Below are positions 46,884 through 61,869 of a stretch of 64,000 bases of DNA, in pieces. The DNA is from Eledone cirrhosa. Its lineage: Eukaryota. The notes beneath the pieces were generated by a model. The model had not been told where the DNA came from, did no database searches, and worked only from the letters and a program-made list of their open reading frames with translations. A program made the translations under genes and the position numbers. The stretch spans positions 370,760,001-370,824,000 of the forward strand of contig OZ024740.1 of assembly GCA_964016885.1 (NCBI GenBank). Reading direction: 5' to 3'. Within the stretch, counting starts at the first letter, position 1. The number at the start of each line of letters is the position of its first letter.

Positions 46884-46936
46884 GGAGGTAATTATCTTCT
46901 GATGAGGAGACAATAATGACTGAAATGCGCAAAGAT
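46884..46936 (+). ncRNA. Degenerate hammerhead motif
   Basis: tatctt-CTGATGA-ggagacaataatgact-GAAA-tgcgca-aagata; stem I is intact but the cleavage triplet is mutated. Confidence 0.5.
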
Positions 46937-47176
46937 AGGCTCATGTTTTTTATTTCTCTATCTGTATAGATGGAATAGTAGATGTCTTTTATATCTATAT
47001 TAAATTTATCCTAAATCTTCTAATATACACCATATTTTACATGGAGATTATATATATATGATAACTGCTACTTCTTCTTTACAGAATAGAGTCATCTCCG
47101 TGTATATATATATATATATACATATATATGCGTGTTTTTGTGTATGTATGTATGTGTGTGTGTATATATATATATA

Positions 47177-47224
<48 letters not shown>

Positions 47225-47277
47225 TAAACAAATAATGAATAAACAATTCCTTATATTAAACAAAAAAAAAAAAAAAG

Positions 47278-47431
47278 TTCATTATTTAACGATCGTTTCT
47301 AGGATATATATGTGTTAGAATTGGTATGCATATTCAACAGATCTATGTACAAAATTATACAAAATTATACAAATTATCAAGATTAAATATACATACCAAC
47401 ACATATATACGCCGTCTTCAGAAATAATGAA
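47278..47431 (-). ncRNA. Type I hammerhead ribozyme (inverted copy)
   Basis: Reverse complement of 53164-53317. Confidence 0.75.
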
Positions 47432-48064
47432 GTATATTTATTGATAATAACAACAATTCAAAATTTCAGGTCCGTTTGGGAACAAAATTGACCAATGAAA
47501 ACACAAAGGGTTAAATGCAGTTCGGTGTGTGCATATACATGTAAAACCCTTACACATATTTTACAAAAATGTATGTATAATTTGTATACGCATACTAAAA
47601 GGATGGATGCAAATACAAAATTTCAAGGTTAATGTCTCTGTAAGTTTATAATGTACAGATAAGATGCGTATTGACACAAGTGTGAAATTAAGTATATAAA
47701 TATATTTTTTCATACTCACACTTATCCGTACAATCACACATACACGCGCGTATATGCATAAATATACACATAACCACGAACATACAAACACACACACACC
47801 CCCACTCACATTTATATATGTGGATATAAAATCATAAGCACATGGATATTAATTCACTCACACAAAACACTGGCACACACATTTCTAGATCAAGATACAG
47901 AAATTAGGTGGGAGGGGGGGGAGAGGTCAGTATTCAACGGTCTGAGCAGACTGCCTAATATAGATGTATCTATAAACTAAGAAAATAAAAAATAAATAAA
48001 CATTAAAGAGGAAAGAATAGAAAGAAAAAAGAAAAAAGAAAAAAGAAAAAAGAAATATATCAAG

Positions 48065-48118
<54 letters not shown>

Positions 48119-50617
48119 TATACACATACATATATATATATATATATATACACACACATATATATATATGTGGGGGTAGATCATTAACATTAATCCTCCT
48201 AGTAAAAATCACGATACAACCTATAAAAATAATAAAAATAATAAACAACATAGAAACCGTAATAGACGGGTTACTTGGTATAATGCTCCTTTTAATTTAC
48301 AAGTTAAGGATAATATTGCTAAAAAAATTTTTTATATCCTTGAGAAAAACTTCCCGCCAAACCACAAATACCATCAAATCTTAAATAGGTCTACAGTTAA
48401 ATTCTCATACTCTACAACAAATAACATAAAACAAAATATAAATGCCTATAATGCATATAAATGTAAGAAAACCATAAGTATACCACAAGTACATCAAATT
48501 AACCATAATATCTCCTCAAATACAGAATTAACGAAAGGATGTAACTGTAGAAACAAAGCAAACTGCCCATTAAAAGGGAATTGTCTTGTTAACAACATAG
48601 TCTATAAATGTAATGTTAAAACTAAAGATTCTATTTGCTCATATATAGGAGCTACCTCTAACAATTTTAAGACAAGGTTTAATACCCACAAGCATAGTTT
48701 TAAAAATGCCGCACTGGCTAATACAACATCTCTAGCAGAAAAAATCAATAGTTATAAAAATAAGAATATAGAATATGATTTGACCTGGAGTGTGCTCAAA
48801 AGAGCCACCCCTTATCAAAATAATAGAAATGAATGTAGATTATGTTCCCAAGAACTATTTGAAATAATGAAGTCTAAGGATATCTTATTAAATAAACGAC
48901 AGGAATTAATTATATCGTGTAATCATAAACTAAAAAAAACATTTAAATATTATAAACCTAATTAATAACATTATTTTAGAAATTAATTTAATTTAAATGT
49001 TATTTAACCTATAAATTTAATTTAATTAAAATTTTATTACAGATGAGAATATAAAATATTATGTAATCATAAATTGTGAAAAACCTTTAAATATTACTAA
49101 TATATACTTAGTAATTTAATTTATAGATTAACTTTTATTTAAACCTTTTATTATAATTCTTTTACAGATAAAATATAACAAAATAATATCGTGTATCCAA
49201 TGACAGAGAAATAATTCTTAGTATTATAGACCTAATTAATATACATTTTAGAAATATATTTATAATTTGGTTTTAATTTTAATCAACCTAAAAATTTAAT
49301 TTTAATTTGCTTAAAATTAGTATCCTTATACAGACGAATTGCAGAAAGTCATGTAATCATAGAATGGGATGTGTTTTGGATATATACCTAGTTAATATAT
49401 TCTATGCAATTTTTTGAAAAAGATATGTATATGTATATGTGTATGTGTATGTGTGCGTGTATGTATATGTGTATATATGTATATATATATATATGTGTAT
49501 GTATATGTATATATGTATGTGTATGTATATGTATATGTATGTGTATTAATTTTGATGTCTATTTGCATATAATTATATTATGCTATTGATAAAATACAAT
49601 ATCTGTTTTATGTATTATATACCTAATTAACATATACTATAGAAATAAATATATAATTTTTAATTTAGTTAACCTATAATTTATATTCTACTACTGATGT
49701 AATACTTTATTTTATTTGTTTTTTTTCCCTATTACTAAATTCATTTCCTAATATTGATACCATAACGTTATTAACTTTAATTTAGTTATACTATAATTAA
49801 TACTCTACTACTATTTAACTTCAAAATTCTGCTTCAAATATTATAAACCTAACTAATTTACACCTTAGAAATCAATATGTTAACTATCTTTGGTTTAGTT
49901 AACATGTAATTAATGGTATACTTGTTTATTTTGAGATGCATAGATTTTGCCTTAGTTCTTGTTTGTTGTATTTCCTAACACTGAAACTATGTAAAAACAT
50001 ACATTGGATCAGGATACGGAAAATATTCTATGTTTCTTGAAACATATATTTACTATGATCCCCTTCTCCAAACCCCCCCTTTCCCCCATACTATTATCAT
50101 CTGTATTTGTAAGCGTGTATGTATGAATATATATGTAGGTAGGTGTCTATATAGGTTTGGGTATTTATATCTGAATATAAAAATACATATATGCGCATGC
50201 AAATATGAATGTAAGATTGTGTATGTATATATGAGTGTGTGTATATATGTATATATGTGTATATATGCATGTATATATGTATGTGTATGTGAATGTGTAT
50301 ATGTATATGTGTATGTATATGTATGTATGTATATATATATATATATGTATATGTATATATGTATATATAGGGATATATATATATGTATATATATATGTAT
50401 ATGTATGTGTGTCTGTATGTATGTGTGTGTATGTGTGTAGTATATATATGTATGTCTCTCTATTTATATGTCTATCTTCGTATCTATGTGATATATGTGT
50501 GTGTGTGTGCATGTATGCACATATATATGTTTATGTGTATATATGTGTATGCATGTATATATGTGTGTGTGCACACACATATATATGTGAGTGTGTATAT
50601 GTGTCTGTGTATATGTA

Positions 50618-50680
<63 letters not shown>

Positions 50681-50766
50681 GTGTCTATGTGTGATTATAT
50701 GTCTATATTTCGTATGTGTGTATATATGCATGTATATGTCTATATGTATATATATATATATATATG

Positions 50767-50803
<37 letters not shown>

Positions 50804-51057
50804 TTTTTATTATTATAATATAACTTATGTGTATGTGTGTATATGTGAGGTTGTGTATGTGTATATAATATGTGTATATATAAGTGTAAAAAAATATATA
50901 TATATGTGCATGTCTGTTTTTTATGTGTGTGTATATATATATATATATATACGTGTGTGTATATATATGTATATGTGGGTGTTTGTATGTGTATTTATGG
51001 TGGTATGTGTGGGTGGGTATCTATATATATATATATATGAATGTATGTGTGTATATG

Positions 51058-51102
<45 letters not shown>

Positions 51103-51469
51103 ATATATGTCTCTATTAATGCGTGTATATATGTATATACATATGCCTTTTTATTTTTATTTTTATTTTTATTTGTATGTCTGAGTTAGGTGAGGTTGTA
51201 GTGGCGTTTTTATGTATATACGCATATATGGATGCGTATGTATTTGTATATATGAGTATAAGTAAGTGCATATGTATGTATGATTATATATCTAATTCTA
51301 TGTATGAATATACATGTATATATATGTATGTATGTAAGTTGTGTGTGTATGTATGTATGTGTCTATGTGTGTATATATATATCTATGTATATCGATGTAC
51401 GTGTATGTATGTACATGTACGTCTATGTATGTGTGTATGTATGTGTATGTATATGTATATGTATGTGTA

Positions 51470-51516
<47 letters not shown>

Positions 51517-52190
51517 GTATATATCTTTATTATTTATTTTTTTTTATATATATGTGTATGTGTGTATGTGTTGTGTGTGTGTGTGTGTATATATATATCT
51601 TTATATATGTGTATGTGTATGTTCGTGTAGGTGTTTGTGTGTGTATGACTTTATATGTATGTGTGTATGTGTGTATGCGTATATATTTCTATGTGTGTGT
51701 ACATGTATGTATGTGTGTGTATGTGTATGTGTGTGTATGTGTACATGTATGTATGTGTGTGTATGTGTATGTGTGTGTATGTGTATATGTATGTGTATGT
51801 ATATATATATATATATATATGTTATATATATATGTGTGTATATATATATCTGTGTGTATATATATATATATATATATCTATATGTTTTTCTATTTGTATA
51901 TGTATGTATGTATAGGTATATACCTTTCTCTTTGTATTTCTAAGTTGTGTGATAGTGTAGTGGTGTTTGTATGTATATACCGATATATAGATGCGTAAGT
52001 ATTTGTCTGTATGTATATATGTAAGTCTGTATATATTTGTGTGTATATATAGCTATGTATGTGTTTATCTGTATGTATATTAGTATGTAAGTGTTGTATA
52101 TGTGCATGTATGTGTGTGGTTATATATATGTGCGTCTATATAGTATGTGTGATTATATGTATATGTGTGTGTATATGTACGTGTATATAC

Positions 52191-52258
<68 letters not shown>

Positions 52259-52439
52259 ATTTGTACGTATATGTGTATATGTATGTATGTGTATATATGT
52301 ATATGTTTATATATGTGTGTGTATATATGTTCTTAGTGTGGATGTGTGTATATGTATGTATGTGTTTGTATATGTGTGTATATTTATGTATGTGTGTGTG
52401 TGTGTCTATGTGTGTATATATATGTATATTATATATATA

Positions 52440-52480
<41 letters not shown>

Positions 52481-52483
52481 ATA

Positions 52484-52521
<38 letters not shown>

Positions 52522-53163
52522 CTTGATATATTTCTTTTTTCTTTTTTCTTTTTTCTTTTTTCTTTTTTCTTTCTATTCTTTCCTCTTTAATGTTTATTTA
52601 TTTTTTATTTTCTTAGTTTATAGATACATCTATATTAGGCAGTCTGCTCAGACCGTTGAATACTGACCTCTCCCCCCCCCCTCCCACCTAATTTCTGTAT
52701 CTTGATCTAGAAATGTGTGTGCCAGTGTTTTATGTGAGTGAATTAATATCCATGTGCTTATGATTTTATATCCACATATATAAATGTGAGTGGGGGTGTG
52801 TGTGTGTTTGTATGTTCGTGGTTATGTGTATATTTATGCATATACGCGCGTGTATGTGTGATTGTACGGATAAGTGTGAGTATGAAAAAATATATTTATA
52901 TACTTAATTTCACACTTGTGTCAATACGCATCTTATCTGTACATTATAAACTTACAGAGACATTAACCTTGAAATGTTGTATTTGCATCCATCCTTTTAG
53001 TATGCGTATACAAATTATACATACATTTTTGTAAAATATGTGTAAGGGTTTTACATGTATATGCACACACCGAACTGCATTTAACCCTTTGTGTTTTCAT
53101 TGGTCAATTTTGTTCCCAAACGGACCTGAAATTTTGAATTGTTGTTATTATCAATAAATATAC

Positions 53164-53317
53164 TTCATTATTTCTGAAGACGGCGTATATATGTGTTGGT
53201 ATGTATATTTAATCTTGATAATTTGTATAATTTTGTATAATTTTGTACATAGATCTGTTGAATATGCATACCAATTCTAACACATATATATCCTAGAAAC
53301 GATCGTTAAATAATGAA
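53164..53317 (+). ncRNA. Type I hammerhead ribozyme with about 115 nt stem II
   Basis: ttcattattt-CTGAAGA(53174)-[long hairpin tatatatgtgttgg..taacacatatata]-GAAA(53296)-c-gatc-g-TT-aaataatgaa; stem I is a perfect 10 bp. Confidence 0.78.
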
Positions 53318-53506
53318 CTTTTTTTTTTTGTTTAATATAAGGAATTGTTTATTCATTATTTGTTTAATATTTTATCTTGACTCTGTATACCGTTTATCTT
53401 TCACCGAAAGTGATTTTTCATTACATCTCTTCTTTCCATGATATCCGGAATACATTGAGTTCTTCATACGGATTGGACACTACCGTAAACTCTTGGTAGA
53501 TTTATC

Positions 53507-53592
<86 letters not shown>

Positions 53593-53653
53593 CGGTATAT
53601 ATACATATACATATGTATGGAGGTGTATGTTTGTGTGTATACATATATGCATG

Positions 53654-53735
<82 letters not shown>

Positions 53736-53739
53736 ATAA

Positions 53740-53890
53740 GGCGGTGAGTTGGCAGAATCGTTAGAACGTCGGATAGAATGCTTTGTGGTATTCGTTTCGG
53801 CTCTCTGCGCTCTGAGTTCAAAATCCACGAGGTCAAATTTACCTTTCATCCTTTCGGGGTCGTTAAAGAAGTACCAGTCCAGTATTTGGG
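53740..53890 (+). mobile_element. SINE family A variant
   Basis: ggcggtgagttggcagaatcgttag..ctgagttcaaaatcc..cctttcatcctttcggggtcg. Confidence 0.85.
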
Positions 53891-54038
53891 GTCTATTCTC
53901 TCTCTATATATTTATATATATATATATATATTATTTTCCCACATCTTACGTTAACTATTTTTCCATTTTGAGGCTATAGTCATTTATATATTATGGAATA
54001 CTGTTGGCTTCTTGGTACAATAATTTCTTTCCTTTTTC

Positions 54039-54123
<85 letters not shown>

Positions 54124-54136
54124 TATATACACACAC

Positions 54137-55407
<1,271 letters not shown>

Positions 55408-55574
55408 CTTCTCTGGAGGAAAAAATCGACTGTATTCAAACCTGGAACCTGGAGAAGGAATGCGCTTCACGAGGTTTCAAATGCCTAAAAAATGTCGGAT
55501 GTCACTACGGCGCCTCAATGACTCCATCAAGCGTTATAAGTTAAATGATGATGATAATGATATATGTATGTATG

Positions 55575-56080
55575 TCAGGTCGTTCTCGAGTGCTACTAGT
55601 AACATGTAACCCAGTACAACCTGTCTCATGGTCGGGTCGTCGGCGACTAAACTGGCAACCCCACCAAGCTTGCTTGGTGAGGAGGGTGATATTTGGACAC
55701 TCTGCAGGATGAAATACAAGACCCGACAAAAGACGGAGGAACTCGGCAGAGTCAACGGCCATCCAAATTGTACTTTATTTTTTTTACCCTGGGAGTGAAA
55801 GGCTCCCAGTGTTGTCACAACACCTTTCTAGGAGAGGGAAACTCTGAAAAAAAAAACCTACGGCTTCGGAAGCATCAAGTTCTCCTTTTCGGGTAGCATT
55901 TTTGATGCTCAGAGAGTGGGATTAGTCGAGTGCAAGGCCTTTCCCCACTTAAAAAAACCTTCAAAGCACAGGCATTGCTTGTTCAGGATCTGTCACAGGT
56001 TCGTGTGGCTGGCCGTAGTCTAAAAGTGCATCAGTTTCTATAATCTGACAAACGATTGCAATACTCTTAGCAGAGTTTGC
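55575..56080 (+). mobile_element. RTE-like 5' region relic
   Basis: Contains ctaaactggcaaccccacc and ggagagggaaactctg; related to the 41055 block. Confidence 0.45.
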
Positions 56081-56171
56081 AGTCATTATGTATGTCCTTC
56101 TGGTTTTATGTATTTATGTATGTGTGTATGCATGTATGTATGTATGTATGTATGTATGTATGTATGTATGT

Positions 56172-57630
56172 ACGTTCTTCTGGTTTTATAATTTCACAAA
56201 GTTTTACCAATAGAGAGAGAGTCAGTTTCTAACATAGACACAAGACTCTCTCATTGGAATTTATACAACTAGGTAGATATGTATGTAATCATGTATGTGT
56301 AGATATGGATGTTATTGTATGTGTGGATGTGTATGTGTGGATGTGTATTTTTTTAGGTGTATGTGTGCATGTGTATATGCTTTGTATCTGTACATGTGTA
56401 TATGCAGTTATTAGAAGCAAAATGTTTGGAATGTTTTACATATTTTTACTGTTCCATTAATGGATTGTACTTGTAATTTCCTAACTAGTTGTGTCCTTTC
56501 TGTTCCTGTGAAGCCTATCTTCTCAAGATTTGTATTGAGGCAGTTACTAACATATCCCAGTGCCCCAATAATCACAGGCATAAATATGAAGGTGTAATCA
56601 GGGTGGAGTATCTGCAGATTTCTCATCAGTTCTGCATAAATATTCTCCTTTTCACTAATCTTTGATATTATATTGGCATCTGCTGGGCAGCTAATTTCCA
56701 CTACTGTGCATGCTTTCTTCTCCCTGTCCCATATCATAATATCTGGTCTGTTATGCCTGCATTTTATTGGGGGTTTTACTGGAACATTCCACCAGTACTC
56801 TTTCATATTATGTACATGGATGTCTTCCACATTGCTGTAGCTTTTAATGTGTTTATTATCGGGCTATCTTTTTTACGAACTGCATTGTACAGTGTTTTGG
56901 CCACTACATCATGCGTCATAGGTAGATAGTACCGCGATGACATCTTTGGACAGCTGCTGATGACATGGGTGATATCTTCGATGTTAGTTCTGCAGAGTCT
57001 GCACTTGTTATCACATCTAGGTGTTTTGCCTGCATCCCTATCTCTTTTGTGAATCAGGTATTTCGTGTTAATCTCCTGTTCTTGGATTGCAAAAGCGGAT
57101 CCTTCAAAGTGAGAGCCAATATAGCGGTTGTTGGTCCAAGATAGACTACTTTCCTTATCTATATTACTCTCACTCTGGAGCTTCCTGGCAACATATCCTT
57201 GCATGATTTTTTGTTGATAAGCATGCAGTTTGTCATCCATGGATTCACTGCGATACTGCTGAGCGACATCCCTGGGTGTGAGTTTTTTTATTATCACACA
57301 GGGAATATCTCTCGAGGAGTTCCTTCCCAACTCTCATGATCTTATCTGTTTCATGCAGATAGACTTACTCGAGAAACGGGCTCCTACGCTTTGAGGTTCG
57401 TAGATGTTGTCGGAGAGATATGATGCGACATTCAAATGTTGTCTGGACTGATGTTAGGCCTCTGCCTCCCTGCTTACGTTTCAAGTAAAGGCGGTCTATG
57501 TCACTATTGATGTGGAAGTTTCCGGTGTTGTTTAGTATTTTTCGAGTTCCAACATCAACTGCTCGGATTTCGTCTATCGTCCAATTGAGTATTCCAAACG
57601 TTGGAGTTAGGACAGGCACAGCAAACACTA
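56172..57630 (-). mobile_element. 5'-truncated RLE-type non-LTR retrotransposon (R4/Dong-like)
   Basis: DIDRLYLKRKQGGRGL, CCHC knuckle CRLC..ITHVISSC, and RLE motif RPDIMIWD..VEISCP. Frameshifted. Confidence 0.85.
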
Positions 57631-58289
57631 TGTATGCATATATGTATGTATGTTTTCGTGATCATGGAATGTATGTAAGGCTTAACAAGATTTTAAAATG
57701 TATCTGCTTATCAACTTCATTTTAATTTGCCAAATGCGTTTACTTTAATTTCTATTTAATCATTGTTGTGACTACTTTAGCTAATTCAAAACGAATATAG
57801 GTTATACAGAATTTTGTTTTCTTCTTTCGAAAACTAAAAACATAGTTAGAAGCTAATAAAAATTTAGATTAAATATCAGGAGTTAGAATTGGTTCAAAGA
57901 AAGCCAGAGCATTTTACTGGTGCAAAGTTCTATAGGTAATTGAACTAGTTTCTTTGTTGCGTCTATTTCTGTTTTTTTCAATACGTTTTGTATTCAATTT
58001 CTTTACGTTTTAGTAAAATAAGACAAGAAATATTTTTTGAAAAAAGAAATATTAGAATGGAAGATGAAATAAAGGAGAAACGATAGAAAGATGAATGTGA
58101 AAGAAGAAATTGACTGTACTTACAAGTACATACTTAGGCAATACTTAAACATGCTTAATTAATCATTGTTGTGACCACTTTAGCTAATTCAAAACGAATA
58201 TAGGTTATACAGCTTCATTTATATCGGCAAATAAAATAATAGATCAAAATACTATAAACATATATATTTTTTTTAGTTTTGAAACCACT

Positions 58290-60840
58290 AATTAAAGACT
58301 GCAAGCTTCCCTAAAAATCTATTCTTTTCGAAGAAGTCTCGTCTTATCAATGGCGTCGGAAAACTAGCTGAAGTTCTCTGTAATTTCCGGTTGTCACATC
58401 AAGTGCACTCACCATTTTATCATGACTTTAATTAATGAACAAGCGAGACAGATGCAATTTGAAGCTATATGTATGTCCTTAGAAATGATGTCTGCGGCGG
58501 ACACGATGATGGTGCGGATGATGATCATGATGATGGTGACGGCGACGACGACATTGGCGGCGACGTCGACATCCACTGTGACAACGACGAACACTATGTC
58601 GACGAGAATGTCGATGATGATCATGATGATGATGATGATCATGATCATGACGACGACAATGAGAATGTGGTGGTGGTGGTGCTAAAGATGAAGATGGTGA
58701 CGATGACAATGACGGTGACAACTACGGCGACAACGACCATAACCAAGATGAATACGATAACGACGAGGATGATGGTGACAATGATGGTGATAATGACGAT
58801 GACAATGATAATGAAAATGATGATAATGATAATAATTGTTTCTACTTTAGGCACAAGGCCAGCAATTACCCAGTGCATTACTGGTACTTTATTTTATCGA
58901 CCCCGTAAGGATGAAAGGCAAAGTCAACCTCGGTGGGATTTGAACTCAGATCGTAAAGGGACGTAACTATGCTGGAAAGCATGGCGTCCGACCCTCTACC
59001 GATACTGCCAATCCACCAATCGATGATAATGATAATAATGATGATGACGACGACGATGACAACGATGATGATGATGATAATGATGATGATTTATCTGTTA
59101 TGGAACTACGAATGACAAGGATGATGATAATAATGATAATGATGACCATCACCATGACGACGACGACGACGACGATGACGATGATGATGATGATGATGAC
59201 GACGACGATGATGATGATTTATCTGTTATGGAACTACAAATGAACTTAAAAGAAGAAAAAGATAGATACCATTTATTTTTCTGAATTTATTTTCAATCAA
59301 TTCATGGAGAAAGAGCGAGGAGGGAAACTACACTATAGCACAAACAATTTTAGTTTAAAAGAAACAGCGATCAACTTCATCAGTAGGTATAAATTACCTC
59401 AGAAGTTTAGTAACGAAGAGAATGTGAAATATTTGTTCTCTCTATCACTATTGTTGACCTACCATTCTGTCATCAAAAGAAATCATTTGTTTAACGTATC
59501 TAAACCGGATATTATTAACTGAAAATGAAATATTAAAAGTAATTGTTGTCTTGGCCAGTTGTAACTGTCCCAGTTTTCTAGGATGGTGTACCAGTGGGAA
59601 GGCTTTTATTATTATATACGCTAGGTAGGCGTTTAGCCAAGTGTAAAAAAATGTTTATAATATTTTTCATTACATAATAAGAAAATATTTTAAAGAATTT
59701 GTGTACAGCATTTATATTTTTCTCATAGGCATCAGCTTAAAGTCCTTATATATTTATTTTCAGTTGGATCGACTTACAATTTATTGTAACTTTTTTGCTA
59801 CATTACCTATTTTCTGTCCGTAACTGTAATTTCACAACCTTTATGTTTGGTGTCGAAGAAACCATTCCAAAGTCATTTATACCACTTGCCTTCACATCTA
59901 TAGTATTGTCCTTTTACAGAAACCTCTGGTAGCTTATACATCACGACTCACAGTACAATATCTTAACGTTAGGGACCATGAGAAAATCATTTACTTCTGA
60001 CTAATTATATTATTGAGCCCCTAACTACCATTTATTATCTATCATATTTCTTCTTATCAAATTCAGAAAAGCTTTTTTTACCAGAAATAAATTGAACCCC
60101 ACCCTCCAAATATTGTGTCATTGACCTAAGATGTTATGTTCAAACAGACTTAGTTTAGCAACACAATTTAGTCTGGAGATACTGATACCGCAGCATTTGG
60201 TCAATGGGAAAAAAGTGTCCCTTACAAACAGAACAAGTGGAACAGCGAATATTCGGAAATATAAAAGTACTGGAACAGTGTGATATGTATTAAGCAACAA
60301 CGTGAAAGTGTTAGTCAACTTCCTCTATTCTCATACACTGGACTACAAAAAGTTGTTTTAATTATTATATGTTCAACCGATCTACAATTGTTCCTGGTGG
60401 TGCGCCACGTATCATTTTCAGCTAGATATCGTACTGGGTGCCTGTAAAATAGTATAACTACTTGGGACCACAAACTACAATCTATCATATTATACATACA
60501 AGTCAGTGAGGGATGCTTTATGTGGTCGCCTGATAAACTAAAAACATCAGCCAAAATGTTCTAAAGTCACACACTATCGTTCTAAAAACGATAATGAGGT
60601 TCTAATTTATATTATTTTTACCGCTTAGTCATGGGGAAGAGTAGTGTCCGATGTCTCTTTATTTATTTGAGGCCTTCGAGATTGGTGGAGGGAAAGGAGG
60701 AAGTTATCTCCAAACCTTTAAACCTGGCTCGAATGTTTGCAAATCTGCTAAAGACACAAAGACAACATGGAGTGTTAAATTGGACACTCATTCAAATTAA
60801 CATACAAAGACAGAAAGTTAAGAGCCCGAACTAATAATAT
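58290..60840 (+). pseudogene. Degenerate LRR array (unit 5)
   Basis: FSNEENVKYLF (about 59405); FYRNLW*LIHHDSQYNILT (about 59915); LSNSEKLF/RNKL (about 60055); IFGNIKVLEQCD/LSNN (about 60250); LPLFSYTGLQKV; FNRSTIVPGGA; MFANLLK (about 60735). Confidence 0.65.
58833..59017 (-). mobile_element. SINE family A within a (GAT)n-rich tract
   Basis: Full reverse-complement copy. Confidence 0.9.
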
Positions 60841-60949
60841 AGCAAGGCCACATTTTGTCCGACACCAAAAATTCTGCCAATCTGCTGTCCTGGTCAGGTA
60901 CTTTATTTGATTCAGAAAACAGAAAATACACGCCAACGCATACGCAAAC

Positions 60950-61260
60950 AGAGACAGAGACAAGAATAAATAAATAAATTAAATAAAAATGGTGTAGACA
61001 TTACAATACAACGGGAGGAAACATAATAGTACCACTGATGATGTCACGGGTGTGTGATGAAAGAACTTTGACTATATATATGTGTTTGTAACTGTATTTT
61101 TAACCGTTGGTCAATCAATGATAAACATTGATTGCCAGATAAATTAACTATGGAGATATAAACGATACAGAAGCGAAAACCAATCCAAACCAAACAATGA
61201 GTGTCTTTTATTATTATCTCTGGCAATATTATAACAATATGATCCTCCCCAAATATAACG
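60950..61260 (+). mobile_element. pLTR relic (38345-related) with hammerhead at 61030-61073
   Basis: CTGATGA(61035)-tgtcacgggtgtgtgat-GAAA-g-aa-c-TT-tgact; 3' end ..cctccccaaatataac resembles the 38345 family. Confidence 0.65.
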
Positions 61261-61283
61261 ATATATATATGTGGGGGGTGTGA

Positions 61284-61540
61284 AGGCACTTGGCTTGATG
61301 GTAAGGGTGTTGACTTACGATCATAATATCGTGGGTTCGATTCCTGGGCTGGGTTGCATATTGTTCTTGAGCAAAACATTTCATTTTCACGTTGCTCCAG
61401 TATACTCAGCTGAAAATAAGAACCAGCAATAGCTGGGTGTATAACTGGCGTCCTGTACAGTGGAGGAGTCTTGTACTCTCAGTCGCTTCCCGCCCATGAA
61501 ACCGAAATAAGCACCGGCTCAACGCGGTGCTTGCAGCTCA
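61284..61540 (+). mobile_element. SINE family B
   Basis: TGGCTTGATGG A-box, GGTTCGATTCC B-box and ttcttgagcaaaaca core. Confidence 0.75.
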
Positions 61541-61595
61541 CTAGGGCATGCATATATGTGTGTGTACGCGCGCGGCTGCGTGTGTGTACGCGCAC

Positions 61596-61688
<93 letters not shown>

Positions 61689-61792
61689 TATATTTCGTAT
61701 AGAAATGACGCCAGTACTAGAACTGTTTCATTCGTTTGAAATCAAAAGGAATATCACTCCTGATGCTTCCATACGAATATATAAATATATAT

Positions 61793-61868
<76 letters not shown>

Positions 61869-61869
61869 A

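Larger units (their letters stand above)
47215..53510 (+). mobile_element. PLE (GIY-YIG fragment plus about 4.5 kb 3' region) with about 0.9 kb inverted arm
   Basis: 48250-48965 has WYNAPF..GCNCRNKANCPLKGNCL..IVYKC..SYIGAT..FKTRFNTH..CRLCSQE. About 47215-48165 is the reverse complement of about 52440-53375. Confidence 0.88.
55406..57945 (+). pseudogene. Degenerate TIR (unit 4) split by retroelements
   Basis: NLEKECASRGFKCL and RLNDSIKRYK (55440-55545); after the insertions, LIIVVTTL..RKLKT*LEANKNLD*..RAFYWCKVL (57757-57945; compare YLEW...FWxKL). Confidence 0.45.

Noticed and set aside
57757-58212. 53 bp direct repeat (57757 and 58159) as element termini
   Set aside because: No internal TE or ribozyme features; likely a local duplication within the TIR relic.
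58409-59220. Asp/Met/His-rich ORFs
   Set aside because: Degenerate (GAT/GAC)n repeat with a SINE inside.
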